From positions 3,360,001-3,424,000 of the forward strand of contig OZ250150.1 of NCBI GenBank assembly GCA_965237675.1: 64,000 nt of DNA. Reading direction: 5' to 3'. Below the pieces are notes generated by a model. That model did no database searches, had not been told where the DNA came from, and saw only the letters and a list, made by a program, of their open reading frames with translations. The translations under genes were made by a program, and so were the position numbers. Shown here piece by piece: positions 27,538-37,563 of the stretch (its first letter is position 1; every line of letters starts with the position of its first letter). The DNA is from Candidatus Latescibacterota bacterium. Lineage in GTDB: Bacteria > Latescibacterota > UBA2968 > GCA-2709665.

Positions 27538-28761
27538 TCAATCTTGCCGGCCGTCACCCGGGGAAGTGTCGGGAGACGGGCCGTCGGTGAGGGTTTCCGG
27601 CACGAGGAAGGCAAAGGTGGCCGCTGCGAGCAGGCCGAATCCCGCGATTGCGAAGGTGGCGGGGGAGAGGCCGAGCAGATCGGCGATGCCCCCGAACACG
27701 AGAGGCGCTCCCATATGGCCTGTATCGCCAACCAGCCGCCAGGCCCCCAGGAACTCACCGATGGAATGCCGTGGCGCAAGGTCCGCCCCAAGGGTCATCA
27801 TCGAGCCGGAGCCGATGCCGTTTCCCAGGCCCAGGAGCGCCGTGGCCAGCAACAACCCGGTAAAGCTGTGGGTGAAGGGAATGGCCGCCATTGCGACGGC
27901 CTGAGTCAGGAAGCAGGGTACCATCGCGAATTTTCTTCCGTACCGGTCCATAATATAACCTGCCGGATAGAAGAGAGACATGTCGACCAGCGCAGAAATG
28001 GTGATGATCCACCCGATCGCCTGAACGTCCAGACCGATTACGTCGGCGGCATACAGGGGTACAACGACGGGTCGACCGGCTCGAATGGTCTGGGCAAAGA
28101 GCTGTCCTGAACCGGCAGTGGCAAGTTCTCGAACATGCGATTTGAAGATGGCCAGTAGCCGTCTGATATGACCCGCACCGATCATGGGTGTGGCGCGCGC
28201 CGTTTCGGTTTCAAACGTGACCAGGGCAACAATGACGACGACCGCCGCCAGGGCAGCAAACACCAGGAACGGGGTCTCCAGACTGTAGAAGGCGCCGAGC
28301 GCGCCGCCCGCCGCGGGCCCCGCAAAGCTGCCGAACCGGTGAATGCCGCCGAAGATCGAGAGCGCCCTTCCTCGATGAAAAACAGCGGTAGCGTCCGCCA
28401 GATAGGCGTGACAAGCGATGTTCCAGAGCGAACTGCCGACGCCTGCGGCAACACGATAGAACATGACTTCGTGAACGTCGCGCGCCCAGAACAACATGAG
28501 GGTGGCGACGGCAACACAGCTCACGCCAAGAACCATGGCGGGTTTCCGCCCGACTCTGCCAAGCAGTATGCCAGCGGGTAAAGCGCCGATCAGCCTGCCC
28601 ACGCCTTCGGCGGCAAGTACAACGCCTACAAGACCGTACGAAGCGCTGAAGGTCATTGCGTAGAGCGGTAGAATGGGGATTAGCATCCCATTGCCAAACA
28701 TCAGCATCAGCGACGGAACGTAAACGGGCAGGACGAGTGGATTGCGGGTGGGTCTGTTCAT
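27538..28761 (-). CDS. MFS transporter
   Basis: About 12 hydrophobic segments; motif A (G.LLGRVGRK, GYIMDRYGRK); promoter TTGACA-17-TACCAT at 28800-28828. Confidence 0.92.
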   Translation of the reverse strand: MNRPTRNPLVLPVYVPSLMLMFGNGMLIPILPLYAMTFSASYGLVGVVLAAEGVGRLIGALPAGILLGRVGRKPAMVLGVSCVAVATLMLFWARDVHEVMFYRVAAGVGSSLWNIACHAYLADATAVFHRGRALSIFGGIHRFGSFAGPAAGGALGAFYSLETPFLVFAALAAVVVIVALVTFETETARATPMIGAGHIRRLLAIFKSHVRELATAGSGQLFAQTIRAGRPVVVPLYAADVIGLDVQAIGWIITISALVDMSLFYPAGYIMDRYGRKFAMVPCFLTQAVAMAAIPFTHSFTGLLLATALLGLGNGIGSGSMMTLGADLAPRHSIGEFLGAWRLVGDTGHMGAPLVFGGIADLLGLSPATFAIAGFGLLAAATFAFLVPETLTDGPSPDTSPGDGRQD

Positions 28762-29097
28762 GGGGTCTGTGGGCGGTTGTACCGGCTTGAAAGGTGGGTA
28801 TGGTAAGCAGGGAATACGGTTTTGTCAAGCAATGCGGTTCTGACCGATGTGCGGGGGCCAATCGGAACCGGCTTTGCAACACATCCAGGATCGCGTCCTA
28901 AAAAAAACGGGTCGTCCGACGCCCGAAATGTCCCGGTACGGGGATGGTAAATCCGATCGGACCGCTGAATCCGGCCGACGAATTCAACCATACCGTGAAA
29001 TCCCGGAATGGAGCGTGATACACGCGCCAGAGGGCGGGATATGGACCGTTGAATACGGGGATGGAGCCGAGTTCATCTCAGAAAGGAAGGTTTACCC

Positions 29098-30060
29098 ATG
29101 AAGATTGTTCTGTGCCCGCCGGTGAGCGAGGTTTTATGTGACCAGGTCCGTCGGGCCGTGCCCGGGGCTGAGGTGGTGATGGCGGCAATGGACGAAGCGC
29201 ATGCGGTGGTTGGGGATGCGGACGTGATATTCGGAATGTACAACCAGAAGATCATCAGCGCAGCCAGGCGGGTCAGGTGGATTCAGACCACCAGCGCTGG
29301 CATGGATATGTTGATGGACATTCCGGGCGTTCGTGAGGGCCGATTCAGACTGAGCAACGCCAGCGGGCTTCACGCCCTGCAGGTGGCGGAGCACGCCTGG
29401 GCATTGACGTCGGCCCTCTTTCGTGGACTGCACGTCTACATCAGGAATCAGGTTGCACGTGAATGGAAGGGTGCGCCGATTTTGGATCTGTACGGGGCGA
29501 CGGTCGGCATTGTCGGATTCGGAGGAATTGGAAGGCGGTATGCCAGGCTGGCGGCTGGGTTTGAAGTGAAAATTCTCGCCGTGGACGTACAGCAGTCGGA
29601 CAGGCCGGATCATGTGGAGGCGCTGTGGGGAATCGATCGTCTGGATGACTTGCTGACGACATCCGACGCGGTGTTTATTGCCTGCCCCTTTACGCCGCAG
29701 ACGGACAAGCTGATCGATGCCCGCGCGTTCCGTCTGATGAAGAATTCTGCCTTCCTGATCAATACGGCACGGGGTCCGATTGTGGACGAGGCGGCGCTGG
29801 TTGACGCGCTTGAGTCCGGTGAAATCGCCGGGGCGGGGCTGGACGTCTTCGAAACGGAGCCCTTGCCGGAGACCAGTCCGCTCTGGCAGATGGAAAACGT
29901 GATCATTACCACCCATGCGGCGGGCTCGTCGAACTACCGCCCTCAACGCACGGTTGATTTTTTTTGCGAGAATCTGAATCGTTTTCTGGGGGGGTTGCCG
30001 CTGTTGAACGAGACGGATCGGAATCTGGGATACCCCACGCTGGAACGGCGCGTTGGGTGA
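29098..30060 (+). CDS. D-2-hydroxyacid dehydrogenase
   Basis: VAEHA, GFGGIG, LINTARGPIVDE, AGLDVFETEPL, TTHAAG. Confidence 0.93.
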   Translation: MKIVLCPPVSEVLCDQVRRAVPGAEVVMAAMDEAHAVVGDADVIFGMYNQKIISAARRVRWIQTTSAGMDMLMDIPGVREGRFRLSNASGLHALQVAEHAWALTSALFRGLHVYIRNQVAREWKGAPILDLYGATVGIVGFGGIGRRYARLAAGFEVKILAVDVQQSDRPDHVEALWGIDRLDDLLTTSDAVFIACPFTPQTDKLIDARAFRLMKNSAFLINTARGPIVDEAALVDALESGEIAGAGLDVFETEPLPETSPLWQMENVIITTHAAGSSNYRPQRTVDFFCENLNRFLGGLPLLNETDRNLGYPTLERRVG

Positions 30061-30242
30061 CCGTCAACGGGCAACCGCGGCAAATTCAGTACCTTGCCCA
30101 GATTCGCAGCCCGTTCCGCGCCGCGGCGGCAAGACAAGGGGGTCGGGTCCACGGTCAACCCTGACGTGAATGCGTGCGGGTGGTCGTTGGTCCAACAGGG
30201 ATCGGATCCGATGGCTGCGGGTAATTTTCGGAGAGATGGCAA

Positions 30243-31574
30243 ATGGCGGAGATCAGGGCTTTTCGTGGGATTCGTTACGCGATTGAGAGAATAGACAACG
30301 TCGGGGACGTCGTCGCGCCGCCGTACGATGTGATTGACGGGTCGATGCAGCGGGCCCTGTACGACTCACATCCCAACAACATTGTTCGAATTATTCAGGG
30401 CGTGGAGAAAGCAGGGGATTCGAACGGCGAGAATCGATACACCCGTGCCGCGGCGGCATATCGAAGCTGGCTTGAAGAAGGTGTTCTGGTGCGGGACCGG
30501 GAAGAAGCGATCTATCTGTACGCACAGGATTTCGATATAACGACGTCCGAGGGGATACAAAATAAAACGCGGCTGGGGATTGTGGCGCTGGTACGTGCGG
30601 ACGCATTGGGTGAAGGCCCCATATTGCCGCACGAGAATACGATGCCGGGTCCGAAGGCGGACCGGTTGGCGCTCATGCGGTGCACCCGGGCGGCCTTTGG
30701 GCAGATTTTCTCGCTATACTCCGACCCGGGAGGCCACGTGCGGAATATCGTCACTCCCGTCCTGGATGATGCCCCGTTATTTGCGTTCAAAAGTCGGGAC
30801 GGCGTCGGACACCGGTTGTGGCGAATAGCGGACCGCGCTCTGATAGACAGTGTGGCCACTACGCTGCAAGACAAGCCGTTCTTCATCGCGGACGGCCATC
30901 ACCGATATGAAACTGCGGTGGTCTACCGGGACGAATGCGCGGTGGCCAATCGTGAGGATTGGCAGGGCAAGCCCTACGGATACCGGATGCAGACGCTCGT
31001 AAACATGGATGACACGGAGGGGATGGCCATCAATGCGATTCACCGCGTGGTCCTGGATCTGGGGGAGAACGGGGTCGTCAGACTCATCGATGGACTGGCG
31101 GACCTGTGCGAGGTTGAACGAGCGCCCCTCAAGGATACTCAAACCGTATTGCGGGAATTAAAACGGCGCGGCGGCGGCCGAACCGCATTCGGATTCTGCC
31201 ACGGAGCGTGTTCCGAAGTGCACTATTTGACGTTGAAGAGAGGTGTGGAGCCGTCGGACCTGGATTGCGGGGAGCACTCGGAGGCGTGGCGGATGCTGGA
31301 TCCGGGATTGTTGCAACTGATTCTGGGCACGGTGCTGGATCTGGATTCGGAGACATTGACCAGGGGGGAGAATGTGAAGTTTGTAAAGGTCGAGCATGAG
31401 GTGTTGGACCTGGTGAAAGCGGCGCCCGATCGGGCGGGTTTCTTTCTGAATCCCGTGGGCATGGATCAGTTGCGCGACGTTGTGCTGGCCGGGGAGCGGA
31501 TGCCGCCAAAGTCCACGTTTTTTTATCCGAAAGTGTTTTCGGGACTGGTTATTCAGGATCTGCAGTCGTTCTAG
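30243..31574 (+). CDS. DUF1015 family protein (ParB/SerK-like fold)
   Basis: PPYDVI, PHENT, IADGHHRYETA, MPPKSTFFYPK. Confidence 0.9.
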   Translation: MAEIRAFRGIRYAIERIDNVGDVVAPPYDVIDGSMQRALYDSHPNNIVRIIQGVEKAGDSNGENRYTRAAAAYRSWLEEGVLVRDREEAIYLYAQDFDITTSEGIQNKTRLGIVALVRADALGEGPILPHENTMPGPKADRLALMRCTRAAFGQIFSLYSDPGGHVRNIVTPVLDDAPLFAFKSRDGVGHRLWRIADRALIDSVATTLQDKPFFIADGHHRYETAVVYRDECAVANREDWQGKPYGYRMQTLVNMDDTEGMAINAIHRVVLDLGENGVVRLIDGLADLCEVERAPLKDTQTVLRELKRRGGGRTAFGFCHGACSEVHYLTLKRGVEPSDLDCGEHSEAWRMLDPGLLQLILGTVLDLDSETLTRGENVKFVKVEHEVLDLVKAAPDRAGFFLNPVGMDQLRDVVLAGERMPPKSTFFYPKVFSGLVIQDLQSF

Positions 31575-31732
31575 CCGAAACAGACGGCCCGTGAACACAC
31601 GGGAATTCACACCGAGAACCGGGGCGCTATGCGCCCCTTTTTCAAATCGGTTCGAGCGTGGATGCCAATGCGGCAGCACGTTTACCGCGTACCGCAGCCG
31701 GCGCTCGGGAATCGGAGGCATCCGGCCGGTGA

Positions 31733-32917
31733 CTACAGAACCGGCAATTCCCCGCGAGCGGATTCCGATAGGATTTCGCAACCGGTATCGGTCACAACAA
31801 CATCTTCTTCGAGCATGAAGTACGCGCCGTCTGTATACAGTGAAGGTTCCACGGTGAGTACCATGCCTTCCTCCAGGAGACTGTCGTCTTCAAGTTCGAT
31901 AAAGGGGGGCTCGATGATATCAAGGCCTATGGAATGTCCGATTCCGGTGACGCGCCGCGCCTGGTCAACATAGCCCGCAGCCGCCAGCGTCTCGATCGAG
32001 ACGCGAACCAGGTTCGATATCGGAATCCCGGGCCGGATCGCATCGATTGCCGCTTGCAGACACTCGTAGACCGCCCTGTAGGCGTCCCTGTGTTTCTGTT
32101 CGGCCTGACCCAGGGCGAACATGCGGGTATAGTCCGACCAATATCCGCGGTACACGCCGCCGGCGTCGTGGGCGATGAGTTCGCCGTGGGTCAGCGCACG
32201 GTCGGTGTGCCGGCGCAGGCTACGGTTGCTGCTCCGGGCGTCGCCGGGGATGCAAGAGGCCATCGTGATCGAACCGGGTGCGTCCATTCCCCGTTTCAGA
32301 TGCTCTACGCAGAGCAGGCTGTAGAGATCCCGCTCGGTCATACCGGGTCTGACGGTGTCGAAGAGGGTGCGATAGGCCTGGTCGGTGATCCGGACAGCTT
32401 TGCGAATATAGGCGATCTCCGCGCGGGACTTGGAGAACCGGGTTTTCCAGAACAACTTCGCGGCATCCGTGAATTGCACGCCGGGAAGATTGGCTTTTAA
32501 CTGGCCGAAGTCGTCGTAGGGCATGCGCGACCAGAGTACGCCACCCAGTTCGGCGCCGATGCGGGCACCTCCCAGGCCAAGTTCGCGAATGACTTGGGTC
32601 AGGAGTGAGACCCCTGCCCGGATGCGGATGGGCGGCTGATAGGTGCGCAGATCCTCGATCCATGCATCCTCCTCACACATTCCGGTTTCCAGGGGTGGGA
32701 CGACGAGCACAGGGTCGTGTTCGAGTGGAAGCAGTGCGAATAGAGAGGTGAACTTGTGCCCCCAGCGATGGGTCCAGTGCCCGCTGAAGTAGCGATGGTT
32801 CGTGTCCGTGGTAATCAGGACCGCGTCCAGACGGTTGTGCGACATGAGATCGCGAAGTCTGGCCAGGCGTCGTTCATATTCGTCGGCGTCGAAATCGGCG
32901 TATTCTCTGGTCAGCAT
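31733..32917 (-). CDS. Xaa-Pro peptidase/creatinase (M24) family protein
   Basis: DAG..YRGYWSDYTR, GIGHSIGL, VLTVEP, LEEDVVVT. Confidence 0.9.
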   Translation of the reverse strand: MLTREYADFDADEYERRLARLRDLMSHNRLDAVLITTDTNHRYFSGHWTHRWGHKFTSLFALLPLEHDPVLVVPPLETGMCEEDAWIEDLRTYQPPIRIRAGVSLLTQVIRELGLGGARIGAELGGVLWSRMPYDDFGQLKANLPGVQFTDAAKLFWKTRFSKSRAEIAYIRKAVRITDQAYRTLFDTVRPGMTERDLYSLLCVEHLKRGMDAPGSITMASCIPGDARSSNRSLRRHTDRALTHGELIAHDAGGVYRGYWSDYTRMFALGQAEQKHRDAYRAVYECLQAAIDAIRPGIPISNLVRVSIETLAAAGYVDQARRVTGIGHSIGLDIIEPPFIELEDDSLLEEGMVLTVEPSLYTDGAYFMLEEDVVVTDTGCEILSESARGELPVL

Positions 32918-33055
32918 GATGGGAGTCCTCTACTGGTGGTTGCAAGAAAGTCCGTTGGCGACCAAAGGTGGGTCGCATGGTTGCGTACACTGGCGGGGGT
33001 GGGACGAAGGTATTGAACCCCTTCGAGCCGGTACTTGACGAACTGAGGTGACGCG

Positions 33056-33904
33056 ATGCCGTTGCAGGTCTTCATTCTGGTGATGGTTTCCACCGTCCTG
33101 CACGCCGCCTGGAATTTTGCGGTACGGAAGGCATCCGGAAGTCTCGCGGTGCTGTGGGTGGGGATGTGGTTCGCGGTTGCCGCAAGCCTACCGGTGGTAT
33201 TTTTTCTTCCACTCCGGTCGGACGCGGTTGTGGCGGCATGGCCCTTTATGGCGGCGACCGGTTTGGCCCATTCCGTGTATTTCCTGATGCTGGCCAAAGC
33301 ATACGAAGAGGGCGAGATTTCGGTGGTCTATCCGCTGGCCCGTGGTACCGGTGTGGGGGGAACGGCAGTAGCCGCGTGGATTCTGATCGATGAGCGGCTG
33401 ACGAATCTGGGTGTTGTGGGAATCGTGACCGTCCTGCTTGGTATATTCGTGCTGGGTGTCGTTGATGTCCGTACGCGGAAGCGCTCCCGGTCCATTCCGT
33501 ACGCGCTCCTCGTAGGCGCAACGATCGCTGTCTATTCCGTAGTAGACAAGCTGGGAGTATCGCATATCCATCCCGTACACTACGTCATCTCCCTGTTCAT
33601 GATTCCGGGTGTGCTCCTGGCCCCGTATGTCCTGTTGCGGCACCGGACGGAGGTTGTCCGGACATGGCGCGAACTGAAAGGATATGCGCTGTTTATAGGG
33701 CCCGGTTCTATGGCGACGTACCTGATTGTCCTGTTCGCCATGCGCCTCGGTAAGGTCAGCTATATTCTGGCCGTTAGAGAGTTTTCGGTGGTCATCGGTG
33801 TCGTTCTGGGTGTGCTTTTTCTGGGCGAGCGACCTGGTTGGCACAAAGGCGTGGGGGTTGGCGCCATTGTGTTGGGCCTGTTATTTGTAAAGTTGGGGGG
33901 GTAG
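33056..33904 (+). CDS. EamA/DMT-family transporter
   Basis: LHAAWN, SVVYPLARG, YSVVDK, REFSVV; about 10 TM segments. Confidence 0.9.
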   Translation: MPLQVFILVMVSTVLHAAWNFAVRKASGSLAVLWVGMWFAVAASLPVVFFLPLRSDAVVAAWPFMAATGLAHSVYFLMLAKAYEEGEISVVYPLARGTGVGGTAVAAWILIDERLTNLGVVGIVTVLLGIFVLGVVDVRTRKRSRSIPYALLVGATIAVYSVVDKLGVSHIHPVHYVISLFMIPGVLLAPYVLLRHRTEVVRTWRELKGYALFIGPGSMATYLIVLFAMRLGKVSYILAVREFSVVIGVVLGVLFLGERPGWHKGVGVGAIVLGLLFVKLGG

Positions 33905-34172
33905 GCGGCCGCACGGCCCCACCAGGCGTGGAGCAACGATTGGCGGGTGCAGGGCGGACGATTCGCCGGTGAGCCGGATTCGCCGTCCAGGGGAATCGGC
34001 TCCAAGATAGCCGGGGGGAAGGGGGGCGTCAAGCGTTTAAACCCGCTTCGCGGATGCCGTGAGAACGGGAGATTTCTCTTTACAGGCTATTGGCCGTTCC
34101 GTATCATGTGGCGGCTGATTATGGCGATCCGACAACGCACGGCGGCCGGTCTGACCGATGGTCGAATCCTTC

Positions 34173-36713
34173 ATGTCGAAAGAGGCAATATACGTCGTTC
34201 CGTTTTCAAGGTTGACGCTCTTCGGGTTGGGCGATAAAGAGGCGTGCCTGTCTCGCGGAGCGGAGATTATCGCCCAGGTCATGCGCTTGTTGGAGGCCCG
34301 CGACGACTTCAGGTTCCTGATCGAGGACATGGTCTGTCTTGGCGCTTATCTTGAGGCGCATCCCGAGGCGGCGGAGTGGATCCGTTCCGCGGTTTCTGAT
34401 AGGCGCCTGGAGGTGGGGGCTGCCTGGACCCAGATGGATCACAGATTGTCCGTGGGCGAGGACCTGGTCCGAAACCTGCTCTACGGAAAAATCTTCGCTC
34501 GCAAGGTGCTGGGCGTGGATCCAACGGTCGTGAATCTGGGCGACGGAAGGGGTACGACTTCGCAATACGTACAGGTTGCCGCCAAGTTCGGAATCGAGCA
34601 TCTGGTGGTGACCGGAAGGGGGTGGAGTCAGGCCGCATTGTTCCGCTGGCGAGGGCCCGACGGATCACAACTGGTCTGTTGGAACGCCAATGAGGGAAGC
34701 CAGTTGCTCTGGGAAGCCGTACGTGGATCGACTCGATTCCGGCGGGAGCGAAGTGCGGCGATTGCCAGGCAGCGCGAGAGCCAGGGCGGGATGCTGCCGC
34801 TGCACTGGGGAGGGTTGATGGTCCAGCCGCGCGAAGCGGATCTGGTGGAATTGGCGGCGTGGGCGGAAGCCGAAGCGCTCGATCTCAAACTGCGGACGCC
34901 GTCGGGTATTCTCCCGCGATCTCGGGCTATGGAACAGCTCCAGGAGATGCGCGAGCCAGGCTCGCCGGCCGGATCCAATATCGAGCCGGTGTTTCCCGGA
35001 ACGGCGCCTCTGAACGATCCTGCCGTCTGTGGGCTTTTGCGGGCTGAACAGATGTCGGCAATGGCGGAAACACTCTTCCCGTTTGCGTATCCCGCGACGG
35101 CCTTGAAGGCGGCGTGGTTGCGCCAACTCGAGGCAACGTCGTACCGCTACGACGGCGCGGCGGCAAAGGAAGGGCTGGAGCGAAGGCGGAGCGACCAGCA
35201 GAACGTCATCTTCACGGCGGCGAGGATTGTGCGAGAAGCGGAAAGGATGATTGCGGAACGGGTGACTCTCCGCGACGGGCCGGCAGGCAGGTTGCCTATC
35301 GTGGTATTCAATCCGCTCTCATGGCCGCGCACCGACCTGGTGGAAGTGCATGTCACGTTTTACGGGGAGGTCGAAGCAACCGATTTTTCCCGGTACGAGA
35401 TTTACAGGCTTGTGGACGCGTCCGGGCGGACAGTGCCGTTCCAGGAACTGGCGGGCAGGCAGACGGAAACGGCCGAGGTCCGTCTGGTCTTCGCGGCGCG
35501 CGAGGTGCCGGCCAACGGATACGCCACCTACTATCTTGTTCCCGGCGTTTCGGAAACCCAACGGTTGGTGGGCATCCAGCCACCGGCAATGATGGCGCCG
35601 GGGACGATGACCCCCGATTTCCCGGAGCCCTCCTTTGTTCTGGAGGATGTCGAAGACCAGTTGTCAGAGGCATTTCGAAATGTGCGGATCGGCCGCCGCT
35701 TCAGGACGCCATTTAACGACCTCAACGTAAACGAAATTACCGGCCGGGTGCGGGTGTCGGACAGAAGCACGGGCGTTTCGCTGGTTGACGGCATTCAACT
35801 TATCGGAACCGAGGACACACTGGACGACGGATCGGCCGCCACCGGCAGGCGGTTCGAGATGGCGGTGGATCGGGTTGACCTTGAAGAAAGTGGCGAGGTG
35901 CGGGCAACGTTGCTGGTGGCCGGGAAACTGTTGTCTTCGCCCTGCGAGATCCGGTACCGGCTCTACGGAGATTTGGACCGGGTTGATGTGGACCTGCGGC
36001 TTCAATGGCGCGACCGGAAGCCGGTTCGGGTACAGATGGTTTTTCCGGTCGTAGGCGAGTCAATCTGTTATGGAATCCCGCACGGATACCAGAAACTCGA
36101 AGCAGACGGGCGTGGCCGCGGTCCTTTTGAAGAAGAGCGGGTCTGCCAGGGATGGGTGGCCGTGGAAGGATCGGATGGCGGCTTTGTGCTCGCCTCGGAC
36201 CGGAAGGCGTTCCAGTTCGGCTCCGGCGAAGTGCGCGGTGATGTCTTGCATTCCGGTCTTGATCCGGCATCGTATTCCTACAACGTCATCTGGCGTTCGT
36301 TTCCGGACGTGGTGACATGCAGGTACTCCATCCGGGGATACCGCGGCGATTTCGCACGGGGAAACGCTTTCGAGGATGGATGGAACCTGCGCCAGGCGCT
36401 GAACGCCCAGGTCGTGTATGATTCGGTTTCGGGGAAGTCATTGCCGGATCGAATGCAGTTTATCTCCCTCGACGGACCCGGAATTATATGTACGACGATC
36501 AAAAAGGCCGAAGACGGAAAAGGCCTGATTCTGCGTGCGTACGAGACCGTGGGTAAATCCTGTGAGGCCCGGCTGGTTGCCTGCCGCGACGTCGTCTCCG
36601 TTTACGAGGCGGATCTGATGGAGTGCAGCCTGCGGGGCCTGGATGGGGATACCATCGGGTTTGCACCCTTTGAAATCAAGACGCTCCGGGTGTTGCTGGA
36701 CAGCGGCACGTAG
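34173..36713 (+). CDS. GH38 alpha-mannosidase-like protein (degenerate metal site)
   Basis: GEDLVRNLLYG, LFRWRGPDGS, VFNPLSWPR, VPANGYATY, KKAEDG..LILRAYE, PFEIKTL. Confidence 0.8.
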   Translation: MSKEAIYVVPFSRLTLFGLGDKEACLSRGAEIIAQVMRLLEARDDFRFLIEDMVCLGAYLEAHPEAAEWIRSAVSDRRLEVGAAWTQMDHRLSVGEDLVRNLLYGKIFARKVLGVDPTVVNLGDGRGTTSQYVQVAAKFGIEHLVVTGRGWSQAALFRWRGPDGSQLVCWNANEGSQLLWEAVRGSTRFRRERSAAIARQRESQGGMLPLHWGGLMVQPREADLVELAAWAEAEALDLKLRTPSGILPRSRAMEQLQEMREPGSPAGSNIEPVFPGTAPLNDPAVCGLLRAEQMSAMAETLFPFAYPATALKAAWLRQLEATSYRYDGAAAKEGLERRRSDQQNVIFTAARIVREAERMIAERVTLRDGPAGRLPIVVFNPLSWPRTDLVEVHVTFYGEVEATDFSRYEIYRLVDASGRTVPFQELAGRQTETAEVRLVFAAREVPANGYATYYLVPGVSETQRLVGIQPPAMMAPGTMTPDFPEPSFVLEDVEDQLSEAFRNVRIGRRFRTPFNDLNVNEITGRVRVSDRSTGVSLVDGIQLIGTEDTLDDGSAATGRRFEMAVDRVDLEESGEVRATLLVAGKLLSSPCEIRYRLYGDLDRVDVDLRLQWRDRKPVRVQMVFPVVGESICYGIPHGYQKLEADGRGRGPFEEERVCQGWVAVEGSDGGFVLASDRKAFQFGSGEVRGDVLHSGLDPASYSYNVIWRSFPDVVTCRYSIRGYRGDFARGNAFEDGWNLRQALNAQVVYDSVSGKSLPDRMQFISLDGPGIICTTIKKAEDGKGLILRAYETVGKSCEARLVACRDVVSVYEADLMECSLRGLDGDTIGFAPFEIKTLRVLLDSGT

Positions 36714-36834
36714 CAACGGCCGGACAGGTGGCCGCCATTCGAGCAATCCCGGCTGGGTGTGCGGCATGACTGCTCGCTTAATCCGTTTAGAACCCCGAAG
36801 GAGCGCGCGAAAACGGGGAGGAGGTGTCAGACAA

Positions 36835-37563
36835 ATGGCGAACATTGAGGTTCCGGTACGGTATTACAAGGATTACCCCGGCGGCTATGATTACGGGTAC
36901 GAGGATTTGACGTTGCCGTTTGAGCGCTGTTGTTTCCTGCTCGTGGATGTGGATGGAGCCTATTCGTTCAAGGGTGAAAGCATGCCTCATCCGACAACCC
37001 GGCACTACATCGCGCCGGCCCTCGAGGCGGCCCGGGCCGTGAGAATGAAGGTGGCCTATGTCCACAACGATCTGAGGCTGGTGGCCGACCCCGGCAATAT
37101 AGCGGGCCAGTTCTGGAGCAGGACCAAGGTACCCAACGGTGACGTGATGGAGAATTGGACCAGGAAACCGGATTATGAGCCGGTTTACGTGGATTGTGTG
37201 GCGCCACGCCCTGGCGAGCCGAATTTTCCCAAGTGGATGTGGAGCGGGTTCCGGGATACGTTTCTCAACCAGAGGCTGCGTTCCTGGGGCATAGAGAATC
37301 TGTTTGTGGTGGGCTACAGCCGACGGGCATGTCTGCACTATACATGCGCGGAGGCGATGGGCCACAACTATCGGGTGATCCTCTTGCGTGACTGTTCCAA
37401 TCCGCCCGGGGAGATCGAATTTCCCGATACCCTGGACGACAGCCTCCCCGAAGGGGGATGGGTGAATCGGATGATGCTTCGCCAGTTTGAGCACCTGATC
37501 GGGTTCACCTCGACGTCCGCCGAATTCGTGGCCTCCTGCAAACAATGGGAGAGATCGGCATGA
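36835..37563 (+). CDS. Isochorismatase/cysteine hydrolase family
   Basis: FLLVD, PK..WSGFRDT, VGYSRRAC (D-K-C triad); SD GGAGG. Confidence 0.85.
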   Translation: MANIEVPVRYYKDYPGGYDYGYEDLTLPFERCCFLLVDVDGAYSFKGESMPHPTTRHYIAPALEAARAVRMKVAYVHNDLRLVADPGNIAGQFWSRTKVPNGDVMENWTRKPDYEPVYVDCVAPRPGEPNFPKWMWSGFRDTFLNQRLRSWGIENLFVVGYSRRACLHYTCAEAMGHNYRVILLRDCSNPPGEIEFPDTLDDSLPEGGWVNRMMLRQFEHLIGFTSTSAEFVASCKQWERSA

